In this document: in pieces, positions 28,661 to 42,367 of the stretch
Numbering within the stretch: position 1 is the first letter of the stretch
How the letters are laid out: every line of letters begins with the position of its first letter
Origin: Mobula hypostoma
Taxonomy: Eukaryota
Direction: 5' to 3'
Length of the DNA stretch: 64,000 bases
Assembly: GCF_963921235.1 (NCBI RefSeq)
Contig: NC_086097.1
Location: 15,376,001-15,440,000 of the forward strand
The notes under the pieces: generated by a model
The model's database searches: none
Told to the model about the DNA's origin: nothing
What the model saw: the letters and a program-made list of their open reading frames with translations, nothing else
Translations under genes and position numbers: made by a program

Positions 28661-29857
28661 AGAAGCCGCCTGTTCATAGATAGAAAAGGTTTAAGGGCCG
28701 AAGGGCCAAATGCAGGCCAGCTCAGGAATGCACTTTAAGTCAACATGGACGTCTCAAGTTGAAGTGATTGTTTCTGTGAGGTAATAACTCTTACGTCTTG
28801 CACTGTACTGCTGTCACAAAACAACAAATATTGTGGCATAAGTGAGTGATAATAAACTTAATTCTAATTCTGACTTTATAATTCACAAAACTGAAGTAGG
28901 AATAAATTACCCTTAATTCAAGATTCAAGGTTGGTTAATGTCATCTCCAGTACACAAGTGTAAAGGAGAATGAAATAATTGTAACTGCAGATTCGCTGCA
29001 GCACAAAAAAAATGCAATCAGGTAAAGAACATAACAATAAAAAACACAATAAATATAAACACATAAGATAGCTAACATACATAGATTGATTATATGTCCA
29101 TAAAGTGATGCTAGGCACAGGAGTGTCTGTACATAAGGAGACTGACACAAAATGATAAAGTAGTGGTGTTGGGGGTGTGGGGGGGGGGGTGGTGGTTAGC
29201 AGGTGGAGGTGTTGATCAGCCTTACTGCTAGGGAAAGTCTACTGTCTTTGAGTCCGATCGTCCTGGCGTGGATGTTACGTAGTCTCCTTGATGGGAGTGG
29301 GACTGTGTGCAGGGTGGTGGGATCCTTCATGATACCCCTTTTCCAGCACCTTTCTGTACATATGTCCTTGATGGCGTGTAGGCTGGTGCCAGTGTTTTGT
29401 TGGAAGTTTTGACTACCTGTTGTGGTGCCTTTCTGTCCGCCTCAGTGAAATACCCAAGCAGGTTGGTCTGGAAATCCCTGCAAATCAGTTATAAAACAAA
29501 AGAATAACAACTTTTCCCGTGCTTCTTTTATTTTTGGGGGGCAAAATATAACTCTTGCAAAGAAATAAGAGAAAAAACGTTGTACACTTTACAAAAATGA
29601 CGGTTTATCCAAATTGCCTTTCGATGGATTGTGTACATTTTTACATTAGTGCCCCCTGGTGGGAAATGATGACAGTAACACATAATGGGGATCCTATATC
29701 TGTAAGAATTGGGCCACACTAAGCCTGCTGTTTGGGACAATACCCTCTGTAAATAGGAGGCCTCAACCCATTGTTGCACTAACAATTGTGTTTGATTTGT
29801 GGAGTATTTGTTGAAATGTCTTTGTCATTTGCACAAATCTAACATTTATATTTTTCC

Positions 29858-31125
29858 AATCAGAATCAGAATCAGGTTTATTATCACCGGCATGTGTCGT
29901 AAAGTTTGTTAACTTAGCAGCAGCAGTTCAATGCAATACATAATATAGAAGAAATAAACAAACAAATAAATAAATCAATCAATTACAGTACACGAATATT
30001 GCATAGATTAAAAATTGTGCAAAAAACAGAAATAAAACATATATTTTAAAAAGTGGGGTAGTGTTGAAGGGTTCAATGTCCATTTAGGAATCGGATGGCA
30101 GAGGGGAAGAAGCTGTTCCTGAATCACTGAGTGTGTGCCTTCAGGCTTCTGTACCTCCTACCTGATGGTAACATTGAGAAAAGGGCATGCCCTGGGTGCT
30201 GGAGGTCCCTAATAATGAACGCTGCCTGAGACACCGCTCCCTGAAGATGTCCTCGGTACTTTGTAGGCTAGTACCCAAGAGGAACCGACTAAATTTACAA
30301 CCCTCTGCAGCTTCTTTCGATCCTGTGCAGTAGCCCCCCCCCCCCCCACAATAACAGACAGTGATGCAGCCCGTCAGAATGCTCTCCACGGTACATCTAT
30401 AGAAGTTTTTGAATGTATTTGTTGACATACCAAATCTCTTCAAACTCCTAATGAAGTATAGTCTCTGTCTTGCCTTCTTTATAACTGCATCAATACGTCA
30501 GGACCAGGTTAGGTCCTCTGAGATCTTGACATCCAGGACTTGAAACTGCACGCTTTCTCAACTTCTGATCCTTCTATGAGAATTGGAATGTATTTGTTCG
30601 TCTTACCCTTCCTGAAGTCCACAATCAGCTCTTTTGTCTTACTGACATTGAATATCAGGTTGTTGCTGTAACACCATTCCACTAGTTGGCGTATCTTGTT
30701 CCTGTACGCCCTCTCTTCACCACCTGAAATTCTACCAACAATGGTTGTATCGTCAGCAAATTTGTAGATGGTATTTGAGCTATGCCTAGCCACACAGTCA
30801 TGGGTACAGAGAGAGTAGAGCAGTGGGCTAAGCACACACCTCTGAGGTGCACCAGTGTTGATCGTCAGCGAGGAGGATATGTTATCACCAATCCGCACAG
30901 ATTGCCGTCTTCCGGTTGGGAAGTCGAGGATCCAATTGCAGAGGGAGGTACAGAGGCCCAGGTTCTGTAATTTCTCCATCAGGATTGTGGGAATGATGGT
31001 ATTAAATGCTGAGCTATAGTCGATGAACAGCATCCTGACATAGGTGTTTGTGTTGTCCAAGTGGTCTAAAGCCGCGTGAAGAGCCATTGAGGTTGCATCT
31101 GCTGTTGACCTATTGTGGTGATTTT
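29858..31125 (-). mobile_element. Rex1/Babar LINE RT fragment
   Basis: ORF 30509-31087: [18 protein letters not shown]...[20 protein letters not shown]...[10 protein letters not shown]; (TCTGAT)n tail. Confidence 0.9.
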
Positions 31126-31824
31126 TGCCAGTCTAGACACAGAGTAGAAGAACAATGGATCATATTGGTAGTTTCCAACCTGGTGGCATCAACATTGGAT
31201 TCTGTAACTTCTGGTAATCTCTCCATATTTTACAATAGGGACATTTAAATGCGTTTGAACAGAAAAATCCTGATCGTCCCAGTAGATCACGGGTAAGTCC
31301 TTCCAATCATTAAGCACATCAAAATAAAATGTTGCCATAGAAGAGTAGCATTCATCGTCAAAGATCCTCACCAACCAGGCTCCTTTCTCGCTGCTGCCAT
31401 CAGGTAGAAGGTACAAGAGTCTCAGGACTCACACCACCAGGTTCAAGAGCAGTTACTACCCCTCGACCATCAGGCTCTTGAACAAAAGGGGATAACTACA
31501 CTATTCTATTTCTGGTGTTCCCACAATCAATGATCTCACTTCAAGGAGTTTTTGTCTTGTTATTTCATTCTCTCATTATTTATTGGTATTTATTTATATT
31601 ATCATTTGCACTGTTTGTTGTTCATTGATCCTGTTTACAGTTACTGTTCTATAGATTTGCTAAGAATACCTGCAGGAAAAGAACCTCAGCGTTGTATGTG
31701 GTGACATGTATGTACTCTGATAATAATTTATTTTACTTTGAACTTTAAAAGACTCTTAGATGGGGGCATGAATGTAAGAAAAATTGAGGGTTAGAGAATG
31801 CGTAGGAAGGAAGAGTTAGATTGT

Positions 31825-32179
31825 TGTTGTGTACTTAATATTTCAGTAATATTTGGGTAATATTGTAAATGTATTAGAGTCACAGAGTCATAGAAAAATA
31901 CAGCACAGAACCAGGCTCTTCGGCCCATCTAATCTGTGCTGAAACATTTAAACTACTTACTTCCATCGACCATTAATTGTTTGATTAAGCATTCCCGTTT
32001 GTTTAAATAATTCATTACAGGTTATATATAAAACTAAGTTGACTGTATTTGTCATGATGCCACCACATGATACGTGTGCGCGATTCGCAAAAGTAAAGAG
32101 CAAACTAGGAACGGTTCTCTTGAGCTCCCATATTTTTCATGCAATTAGCTTTTATGTTTTGGAGTTACAAATCTTAACA
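31825..32179 (+). mobile_element. Solo LTR (TG...CA, 5-bp TSD ATTGT) with an internal SINE/CR1-tail insertion at about 31876-31971
   Basis: attgt|TGTTGTG...CTTAACA|attgt; TATA-like tatataaaa near 32025 and AGTAAA near 32091; inserted in a CR1 3' end. Confidence 0.65.
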
Positions 32180-33674
32180 ATTGTGAAGTAGCTTTATACT
32201 GGTTGGCTCAACATTGTACTTCACTGTTTGGATGGGCGGTGTATGGAGGGTTATGGTCCCGGCAAGGTTCAATGGGACTAGGCATTGGGACGCCAGTGTA
32301 GCATAGCAGTTAGCATGAAGCTATTACTGCTCAGAGTGTTAGTATTCGGAGTTCAATTCAGGAGCCGTCTGTAAGGAGATTGTACATCCCTCCCATAAGC
32401 GCATGGTTTTTCTTCCTCCGCACATCACATAAACCAGCTTTCCCCGTGGTCTCTGTCTGCACTTCTTGCTGCCTCAGCAAAGTAACCAATAAGCAAAGAC
32501 CCTACCAACCCAGAACCCAGAACTCTCCTCAAAAACCTGAAAGCATGTACTTTCTCCGGGCTCAAAAACAGATTCCAGCCACTGTTATCGGACTCTTGAA
32601 TGGACATTTTGTTCAATGTCCTCACAACCTACCTCGTTGTGATCTAATGCTTTACTGTTTGCCTGCACTTACACTTCATTGTTATTGCTTTACCTTGTTC
32701 TACCTCAGTGCACTGTGTAATTATTTTTGGCTTGAAGTATATGTGACAATAATGAAACAATACAAATGCTATCTTCTTCAGCCCTTTGCCTCTCCCAATA
32801 TCTCACATCATTCCCACTACCCTACCCCCCCAAATCTGGATTTAACTATCACCCACCAGCTCATGTAACTCTCTCTCTCCTCTCCATTTATTACGGCTTC
32901 TGCTCTCCTTCTTTTCAGTCCTGTTAAAGGTCTCAGTCTGAAACATCAACTGTTCATTTTCCTCCAGAGATATTGCGTGACCCGCTGAGTTCCTCCAGTG
33001 ATTCGTGTGCGTCGCTCCAGATTTCCGGCATCTTGTGTCGGCCTTCTCAGGAAATCATGGAGGTAAATAATGTGCTGAAGGAGCTTATTAATTCTTTGCA
33101 TCCAACCACACCCAGGTAGAAATCCCCAGACTTGTATGGTTCTGCGAGTATGAGACATCCTGCGAGACAGATGTCAGCATTTCAGTCCATTACTCACCTA
33201 CACATCGAGTGCAGGGGAGGAGTTGGGTTGGGCTGGCACTTTTCAGCAATACATTGGGTAATCTGCTTCTCTGGCGCAAGTCATGAAATTTTTATTAACT
33301 GTATGGCAGCAGTGCAATGAAATACATGATAAATAAATACAGAGAAAAAACTGAATTACAGCAAGTATATAAATGTCTATTAAATGGTTAAGTCAAAATA
33401 AGCAGGGCAAAAAAAGACAAATTTTAAAAAGTAGTGAGGTAGTGTTTATGGGTTCAATGTCCATTTAGAAATCAGATGGCAGAGGAGAAAAAACATGAAA
33501 TATATTCAAAAAATTAAAACTAAATCCATTTTGGACAGAATCCAACTTTCAACCTGAACTTTGGCTTTATCAAAGGCTGCCAGGGAGGATGGCCCATCAC
33601 TGAACCCTGGCTATATCTCACCAGATATCTCCCGGGTTGCATATAGAGGTGTCAGCACTGATGTTGACTTATGT

Positions 33675-34624
33675 AAACACCTCCAACGGGATCCCACCAC
33701 TAAGCACATCTTTCCCTCCGCCCCTCTCTCTGCATTCCGCAGGGATCGCTCCCTACGCGACTCCCTTGTCCATTCGTACCCCCCACCCCTCCCCACTGAT
33801 CTCCCTCCTGGCACTTATCCTTGTAAGCGGAACAAGTGCTACACATGCCCTTACACTTCCTCCCTTACCACCATTCAGGGCCCCAGACAGTCCTTCCAGG
33901 TGAGGTGACACTTCACCTGTGAGTCAGCTGGTGTGATATACTGCGTCCGGTGCTCCCGATGTGGCCTTTTATATATTGGCGAGACCCGACGCAGACTGGG
34001 AGATCGTTTCGCTGAACACCTACGCTCTGTCCGCCAGAGAAAGCAGGATCTCCCAGTGGTCACACATTTTAATTCCACATCCCATTCCCATTCTGATATG
34101 TCTATCCATGGCCTCCTCTACTGTAAAGATGAAGCCACACTCAGGTTGGAGGAACAACAGCTTATATTCCGTCTGGGTAGCCTCCAACCTGATGGCATGA
34201 ACATCGACTTCTCTAACTTCCGTTAATGCCCCACCTCCCCCTCGTACCCCATCCGTTATTTATTTATATACACACATTCTTTCTCTCTCTCTCTCCTTTT
34301 TCTCCCTCTGTCCCTCTGACTATACCCCTTGCCCATCCTCTGGGTTTTCCCCCCCCTCCCCCTTTTCCTTCTCCCTGGGCCTCCTGTCCCATGATCCTCT
34401 CATATCTCTTTTGTCAATCAATTGTCCAGCTCTTGGCTCCATCCCTCCCCCTCCTGTCTTCTCCTATCATTTTGGATCTCCCCCTCCCCCTCCCACTTTC
34501 AAATCTCTTACTAACTCTTCCTTCAGTTAGTCCTGACGAAGGGTCTCGGCCCGAAACGTCGACTGTACCTCTTCCTAGAGATGCTGCCTGGCCTGCTGCA
34601 TTCACCAGCAACTTTGATGTGTGT
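33675..34624 (+). mobile_element. Penelope-like element, 5'-truncated: linker, GIY-YIG endonuclease, 3' UTR and hammerhead
   Basis: CKRNKCYTC...HFTCESAGVIYCVRCSRCGLLYIGETRRRLGDRFAEH...LRLEEQQLIFRLGSLQPDGMN; one in-frame TGA at 33906-33908; 13-bp TSD tgttgacttatgt at 33662-33674 and 34625-34637. Confidence 0.92.
34529..34564 (+). ncRNA. Minimal type I hammerhead ribozyme in the Penelope pLTR
   Basis: Stem I AGTC/GACT, core CTGACGA, stem II GGG..CCC, GAAA, palindromic ACGT stem III, GTC cleavage triplet ending at 34560. Confidence 0.8.
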
Positions 34625-34639
34625 TGTTGACTTATGTCG

Positions 34640-35628
34640 CTGGATCCTGGACTTCCTGTCAGATCACTGGCAGATGGCAAGAGTGGGCTCTCTCACCTTG
34701 CCCCTCTGACCCTCAACACAGGTGCCCCTCAGCGCTGCGTACTAAGCCCCCTCCTTTACTCTCTGTATACGCATGACTGCGTCACCACCCACAGCTCCAA
34801 TCTGCTAATTAAATTTGCTGATGACACTACACTGATTGGCCTAATCTTAAGTAATAACGAGGCAGTTTACAGAGAGGAAGTCATCACCCTGACACAGAAC
34901 TGTCAAGAAAACAACCTCTCCCTCAATGTCGCAAAGAAAAAATGAGCTGGTTGTGGACTAGTGAAGGAATGGAGACAGGCTAACCCCTATTGGCATCAAT
35001 GGATCTGAGGCTGAGAGGGTGAACAGCTTTAAGTTCCTCGGCATATACATCACCAAGGATCTCACGTGGTCTGTACAACAGTGCCTCTTTCACCTCAAGC
35101 GGTTGATGAAGTTTGGTATGGGCCCCCCAAATCCTAAGAACTTTCTACAGAGGCACAATTGAGAGTATCCTGGCTGGCTGCATCACTGCCTGGAATGGGT
35201 ACTGTACTTCCCTCAACTGCAGAACTCTGCAGAGAGTGGTGCGAACAACCCAGCCCGTCTGTGGATGTGAACTTCCCGCTATTCAGGACATTTACAGTGA
35301 CAAATATGTAAAAAGGTCTGAAGGATCATTGTGGACCCAAGTCACCCCAACCACAAACTGTTCAAGCTGCTACCATCCAGGAAACGGTACCACAGAATAA
35401 AAGCCAGGGCCAACAGGCTCCGGGACAGTTTCTTCCACCAGACCATCAGACTGATGAATTCATGCTGACACAACTGTACCTCTATGTTATGTTGACTGTC
35501 CTGTTGTACACACAATTTATTATAAATTACTATAAATTGCACTTTGCACGTTTAGACAGAGATGAAACATAAGGATTTTTACTCCTCGGGTATATGAAGG
35601 ATATAAGAAATAAAGTCAATTCAATTCA
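34640..35628 (+). mobile_element. Rex1/Babar LINE RT/3' fragment with a (CAATT)n tail
   Basis: [24 protein letters not shown]...KFADDTTLIG; FYRGTIESILAGCITAW; a sister 3' end lies at 44830-45238. Confidence 0.85.
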
Positions 35629-38394
35629 GGATGTTAATTGAGGGAGGGAGGTTGGCAAAATCAGACAATGCTAGAAACGCTGAGCAGGTCAGTGAGTATC
35701 TATAGGAAAAGAAATTGATGAAGGGTTCTCAGCTTGCTGGCTCTATTTGGCTTTCTACAAATGATGCCAGCATTTTAATTTCGGAATTCCATCAACCGCA
35801 GAGCTTCAATCTTTAGTTACTGTTGGTTGTCACTGGCCAGACTAAGCAGATGAAGCAAATCAGGCCTCTCCCAGTTTAGGCTGTGCGTTGGCTTCTGCCC
35901 ACGCTGGATTCAGCTTTAATTTTCTGAAGATACTTGATGCTCAGAAAAGCAGTGTACGGCTGAAAAATACCAGCCCAGCCAGATTCCTCCCCCTGGACTC
36001 TATGTGCAGGTGAGTAATGGTCCAAAGTGCTGGCATCTCTCTAGCTGCAAGTCGCAACCAGTAACAAAAAAAAAAAATCACCAGTATCCAACAGGTAGAA
36101 CTCAGCATGACTGTTCTTTGTTCTCATTTGGTTCCTCTTTTCCAATATCCCTTCACTCCTGGACATCAACACCTCAGAGGACATATCCTGAGCCCAGCAT
36201 ACTGATGCAATGACGAAGAGGGCATGCCAAGGGCTAGAGTTCATTTGGAGAGTGAGGAGATTTGGAATGTCACTAAAGGCTCTAGCAAGTTTTTACAAGT
36301 GTGCCGTGGAGAACATTGTGACAGGTTGCATCACCGAGGCTCTGATGTGCAGGATTGAAAGGGGCTGGTAGACTCGGGCAGGTCCTTCATGAGTATATGT
36401 CTCCCCACCATTGAAGAAACCTTCAAAAGGCGATGCCTCAAGAAGATGGCATCCATCAGTAAGGACAACGCCCTCCTCAATCTGGGACATGCCCTCGTCT
36501 CATTACTACCCTCAGGAAGAGGGTACAGGAGCCTGAATTTGCACATTCAATGTTTTAAGAACAGCTTCTTCCCCACCACCTCTAGATTCCTGAACAGTCC
36601 ATGAATACTTGAACACCAGCTCACTTTTCCTCTTTTGCACTATTTAAAGTGGAGGTTCATAGGTTATTGATGAGTAAGGGTGTCAAAGGTTATGGGGGAC
36701 GGCAGGAGAATGGGGTTGAAAGGAAAAAAGTAAATCAGCCATGATCGAATGGGGGAGCAGACTCAATGGGCCAAATGGCCTAATTCTGCTTCCACGTCTT
36801 ATGGTCTTATCTTCCCTTGACTGTTTCAAAAGAAAGATTCACACTTAAAGGTGCCTTTACACAACACCACAAATCAGTTTAAATGTTGGAAACACAAACA
36901 ATGTTGGAACTTTAGAAACACAGTTATTCTTGTGCCAATACATAATCTGTTGATAGATAATCTGTCCAGAAAGACTGATTGAAGGGTTAATATTGGACAG
37001 GACACCCAATGACTCACCTTCACTTAAAAATAGAGCCATAGGATCTTTCGTATCCATCTGAGAGCCTTGACTTTAGTGACAGCCACATTTCCCTGTCTGA
37101 ATTGGCCCAATCAATTTTCTGTAGATGTCAAAGTAATGTCTTAAACCAAACTCACAAATAACATTTCCTCTGAGTCTTATCTCCCTTTATTTTGATCAAT
37201 CCTCTGGCAACCTTTGACATGACCAAATCATCCATACTCTATGGGGCTCCTCTGATGTCCCAAATTGGTTTCACTCTGTTCAGAACCAGCAGCATGCCAG
37301 CTCCCCACCTGCTGTTCACTCGGACCACACTTTGTCTTCACTCATTCTGCCTCAAAATAGGAGGCACTGCAGTGTGGTTAACCCAACAATGGGCAATAGA
37401 TGTTTGTCCTTCCAGAGGCACTGCTAAACATGCCATGGTAACTATATCAGGTTGATGCTCTGCTGCTCCAGCCTTTCAACCTTGATCCATCCTTGTGCAG
37501 AGCAACTCTCTGTAACACATTATACTGGGAGGGAACTGATGGAGGATATTTCAGACAGAAAAACCAATAACAGGTTATCAGATGGTTATTAAAGCAGGTT
37601 TTATTGCCTAATCTCAGTTGGTACTGTTGGCCTGGCTTTATATTTCTGGTATACCCTTGCCACAACAAGACATAACTTGCACCAAGGTGTGTAGATGTTG
37701 GAAACATGAAAGTGCTTCAGCTATCCATAGGTCAGTCAACATCTACTGAGAGAAAAGCAGAGTTAGGTTGCAGGTCAATGACGTTCAACAGGTGGTCCCC
37801 CAAGAAAGTAGTCTCCATCATTAAATACCCTCACCATCTGGGACAAGCCCTCTTCCCATTGTTACCATCTGGGAGGACGTACTGGAGCTTGGAGGCCCAC
37901 ATGAATGTCTCGAGAACAATTTCTTCCCCTCCCCTGTCAGGTTTCTGAGTGGTTCATAATCTCATGAACACTACTTAACTATTCCCCTTTTGGACCATTT
38001 ATCTACTTTATTTATCTATCATTTATTTGTTTATTTATCTATTTATTTATTAAAATCAACAAATTTCACAACATATGTTGTAATAATTAACCTGATTCTA
38101 ATTCTGATTCTGATCTAAATCTACAGGAAGTGACTGTCCTTCCCCTGGAGAGAGATAATGGAGTGGCTGCAGGCATTTCTAATTTCATTCTTACTCCCTC
38201 CCTACTTTCCACTTCTGTTTCTTGTGAACAGTCCAGACCTTCCTAATTTTCAATATGAGGTCATCAAAATAATACTTTCCCTCTGCACAGATGCTGCCTG
38301 ACCTGTTGAGTATTCCCAGCTTTATTCTTGCTTTCATGAAAGCCTGAACTGCTCTCTACTTCATTATGGAACCCACAAATCATTAAAACCACAA

Positions 38395-38900
38395 AGTTCA
38401 GAGTAAATTTTATTGTCGGAGTACACGTATGTCACCAGAGAGAACACTGAGATTCATTTTCTTGTGGGCATACTCAGCAAATCTATTGAATAGTAACTAT
38501 AACAGGATCAATGAAAGATCAACCAGAGTGCAGAAGACAACAAACTCTGCAAATACAAATATAAATAAATAGCAATAAATAACAAGAACATGAGATGAAG
38601 TGTCCTTAAAGTGAGATCATTAGTTGTGGGAACATTTCAATGATGGGGCAAGTAAGTATAGTTATACTCTTTTAACCAAAACCTGATGGTTGAGGGGTGG
38701 TAACTGTTCTGAACCTGATGTTTGATCCTGAGGCTCTTGTACCTTCTACCTGATGGCAGCAGCGAGAAGAGAGCATAACCTGTGTGGTGGGGATCTCTGA
38801 TGATGGATGTTGCTTTTCTATGATAGCATTTCATGTAGATGTGCTCAATGGTTGGGAGGGCTTTACCCGTGGTGTACTGGGCTGAATCCATCACCTTTTA
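38395..38900 (-). mobile_element. Rex1/Babar LINE 3' fragment
   Basis: SIIRDPHHTGYALFSLLPSGRRYKSLR. Confidence 0.75.
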
Positions 38901-39244
38901 TAGAATTAACGTTATTGCCTGCTTCTAACTCAATATACAGTTATGCAAATGTAAAATTTGCATGCATTTTCAGCTGCCTGGTGTCAAAAGGTATAAACTA
39001 TTCATGGTGATGCCTATAAAGGCAGATTTCGTGCAGAGATCATCTGAGAATCAGAATAGTGCAGAGTTGTTTGTTTCTGTGTCTGTAGCCCATCACTTCT
39101 CTCTCCATGATGCAGTTACTGTAACAATACAGTCAGTGACAGGGAGCATTTGGGCTCAGACCTCAGTGGGTCTACCATATGGCACTTATGGAAATAATCC
39201 GTAGGGAACAGTACGTGAGTCCTGGAGTGTTTCATACATTGCTT

Positions 39245-39257
39245 TCTCTCTCTCCTG

Positions 39258-39298
<41 letters not shown>
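39245..39298. repeat. (CT)n microsatellite
   Basis: Direct observation. Confidence 0.9.
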
Positions 39299-39301
<3 letters not shown>

Positions 39302-39768
39302 CCCCCTCTCATTTTATGATTTAGCTGCTGCTTGTGATCAAGCCAGAGAATCCTCCCTGCTCAGGAAAGCTGAAATCTCTGGCTGTCAGCTGACAGCTTC
39401 CACTGGAGGACCACGGCTTTCAGTTGCTGAAACACTTCACTGTAGAACATGTTCAATGTCACTCACTCCTCCACTGAGGCATAGAGGCAGTTGTTAGCAC
39501 CATCTGCAATATGTGCTGCAGGAACTTTCCAAGATCCTCCATTCAGCACCTTCCGAACTCACCTGCTATACCAGCTGGAAGAACCAGGGCTGCAGAAATA
39601 TGGGGACTCCAACAGTCAGAGGTTGCTCCCCAACCCACACACCTTCCTGACTTGGTTCCTTCGCCATCATTGCATCAAATTTTTTTTTTTTTTTAGCTTA
39701 GAGATACAGCATAGTAACAGGGCTTTCTGGCCCAACAGGCCCGAATCACCCAGTTACACCCATGTGAC

Positions 39769-40095
39769 CAATGTTCCCTCAAGTGTGCACAAAAATCTTG
39801 CCCTGTGCAATTCTTTTGCCCAGTAACAACATAATGAGCGTACTGAATAATTTCATTAATAAAAACAGTATAAGTAATCCAGTTCTAAAATCTGTAGACA
39901 AATCATTGCAAACTCCATGTTGTCAACACTGTCCACATCAGAAGCTGGAAAAGGAAATGTAATTGTGTACGATTGTGAAGTATACTCAACATGCCAACGA
40001 GGTAGAAGGTGACAACCTTTTGTGCTCAGTTTAAGTTCCTTTGTGCGCTAGTAGCAAAAGATGCAACTGGCATGCACATCTTAGCGGGAATATTG
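39769..40095 (-). mobile_element. hAT-type MITE family B, copy 2 (8-bp TSD catgtgac/catgtggc), nested in a V-SINE
   Basis: TIRs CAATGTTCCC / GGGAATATTG; host SINE halves at about 39700-39768 and 40096-40280. Confidence 0.8.
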
Positions 40096-41219
40096 CATGT
40101 GGCTAATTAACCTAATGACCCATGCGTCTTTTGGAAAGTAGGAGGAAACAGGAGCACCCTGAGGAAACACTCACGGCCACATGGAGTACGTATAAACTCC
40201 TTAAAGACCATGGCAGAGATTGAATCAGGGTCACTGGCACTGTGATAGCATTACGCTAACTCCTACACTCCCATGCCACCCCAAACCTTGCAGCTCTCTC
40301 CCTAACAGCATGGCGCAATGCTTCAAGAAGGCAGCTAATTGGCACCTTCTCGAGGGCAACAGGCTGGCTCAGTCTGCAAAGCCCACAGCCCGCAATATAC
40401 AAAAAGAATAGGGCCCATGGACCTATAAACAACTAAATCTAGTTCTTTTATCTCTGTGGAAGAATGGTGAAGTCAACAAAGTGCAATGGCCTTCCATTTG
40501 CATCTGAGGTTGTCCTTTGGAATCTGAGATGAGCTGCTTTCATTTTTACTCTGCGGGTTCTGAGATGTGTTATTAGGCGAATGTTGGCTCTATCGTAGGT
40601 GGCAGGGTCGGGAGGGGTTGGGTGGGTGCCATGGTGGGAATAGGCTGGTACAGTGTGAAAATGGATAACATAATCAGCAAAAATGGGTTGTCAGAAAATT
40701 TAGAAATATGCCAGTAAGCGTCTCGAAGCGACTGAACCCAATATTTGGATGATGATTTAAGCACTGAGCCAAATTGAAAAGGTCAGGGTATCAGGGCCTG
40801 AGGCGAAGGATGGACTGGTTCAGCTAGTTGGTCCGCCCTGTGCTGAACGAAGGATCTGGGGACGGACTCTCTGTGGACTTTAATTCAGAACACTATTTGC
40901 TTGTGTTTATTGTTTGCATGGTTTGTTTTTTCTCTGCACACTGGGCGTTTGACAGTCTTTTTTAATGACTTCTTTTGGGTTTCTTTGTTTTGTGGCTGCC
41001 TTTTAGGAGATGAATCTCAAGGTTGTACAGTATATACATACTTTGATAACAAATGTACTTTGAGCTTTGAAGAAACTATTGTTCTTCCATGTGCAGGAGG
41101 TAATTGACACATGGGTGAAGAAGATGGGAGCTGGTGTGTTCTTCCGAGCAGTTTTGAGGGGTTTCCGCATGCTCCTGATGAAGAGGCTCTCATTGCTCTC
41201 AGTGCCAGCCTGGATGCTC

Positions 41220-42030
41220 TTTCTCCAGGGATTTGCTGTTTTGTGGCAGTAGTACAGTATAAGACATTAAAAATTACTGTAAGTTACAATTAAAAAGTAA
41301 ATAAATAAATTGTGTGGAAGAGGAATAGTGAGGTAGTTCATGGGTTCATGGACTATTCAGAAATCTGATGGTGGAAGGGAAGAAGCTGTTCTTAAAACAC
41401 TGACTGTGCATCTTCAGGCTTCTGTACCTCCTCCTCGATGGTAGTAATGAAATGAGGGCTTGTACTCTAGGGAGCGCGAAGCGCAGAATCAAATATCGCT
41501 GTGATGATTGTACGCTCTAGTATCAACTGTTTGGCAACAATAAAGTAAAGTAAGTAATGTCCCAAGTGGTGAGGATCCATAATGATGGATGCTGCTTTCT
41601 TGAGGCACTGTCTTTGCTAGTTGTCCTTAATGCTGGGTGGCCTGTGCCTGTGATGGAGATGGCTGAGACTACAACCCTCTGCAGCTTCTTTAGATCCTGT
41701 GGATTGGAGCCTCCGTACCAGTCAGAATGCTCTCCACGGTACATCTGTAGAAATTTACTCAAGCCCTTGGTGGCATACCAAATATCTTCAAACTCCTAAT
41801 GAAGTATAGCTGCTTTTGAGACTCCCTCATGATTGCATCAATATTTTGGGCTAACAGTAGATTTTCTGAGATGTTGGTGCCCATAAACTTGAAACTGCTC
41901 ATCTGTTCCACTGCTGGACCCTCAGTGAGGACTGGTGTGTGTTTTCCCAACTTGTCCTTCCAGAAGCTCACAGGCAATTCCATAGACTTATTGACATCGA
42001 GCGCAAGGTTGTTGTCATGGAACCACTCAA
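41220..42030 (-). mobile_element. Rex1/Babar LINE 3' fragment
   Basis: EWFHDNNLALDVNKS...FKFMGTNISENL...QLYFIRSLKIFGM. Confidence 0.75.
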
Positions 42031-42367
42031 TGGATTTCCACTTACTCCTGACGAAGAGGGCTCGAAGCATCCCAAATGCTCCTTCTCCAGGTCTTCAGAA
42101 GGTAAGGGTTAAGAGAAACAGACTGAAGCCAAAATTAGGTCCATCCTAATCTTACTAAACAGGGAGCCAGCTTGAGTATAGTCCTGCACGAACTTTTTCT
42201 GTCCTTAAGTTATCCAACCAAATGCCAAAGAATAGGTTTACTGACCAATTAGCCAGGAAGTAAACTAACTGAGGATGTAGAGGTGTTGATCTGTTTTCCT
42301 GGGCATGGCGTCTATATGCTTGGACCAAAACAGGCTACTGATGGCATTTAGTCCTCCAAACTTGAAG

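Noticed and set aside
33906..33908. In-frame TGA in the Penelope ORF as possible selenocysteine (as in some Naiad PLEs)
   Set aside because: It falls in VR*HFTC, not at an obvious conserved Cys position; CGA>TGA CpG decay is the simpler explanation and I saw no SECIS element.
35930..36015. Possible + strand exon ending CAG|GTGAGT
   Set aside because: The translation is unrecognisable and such donors occur by chance.
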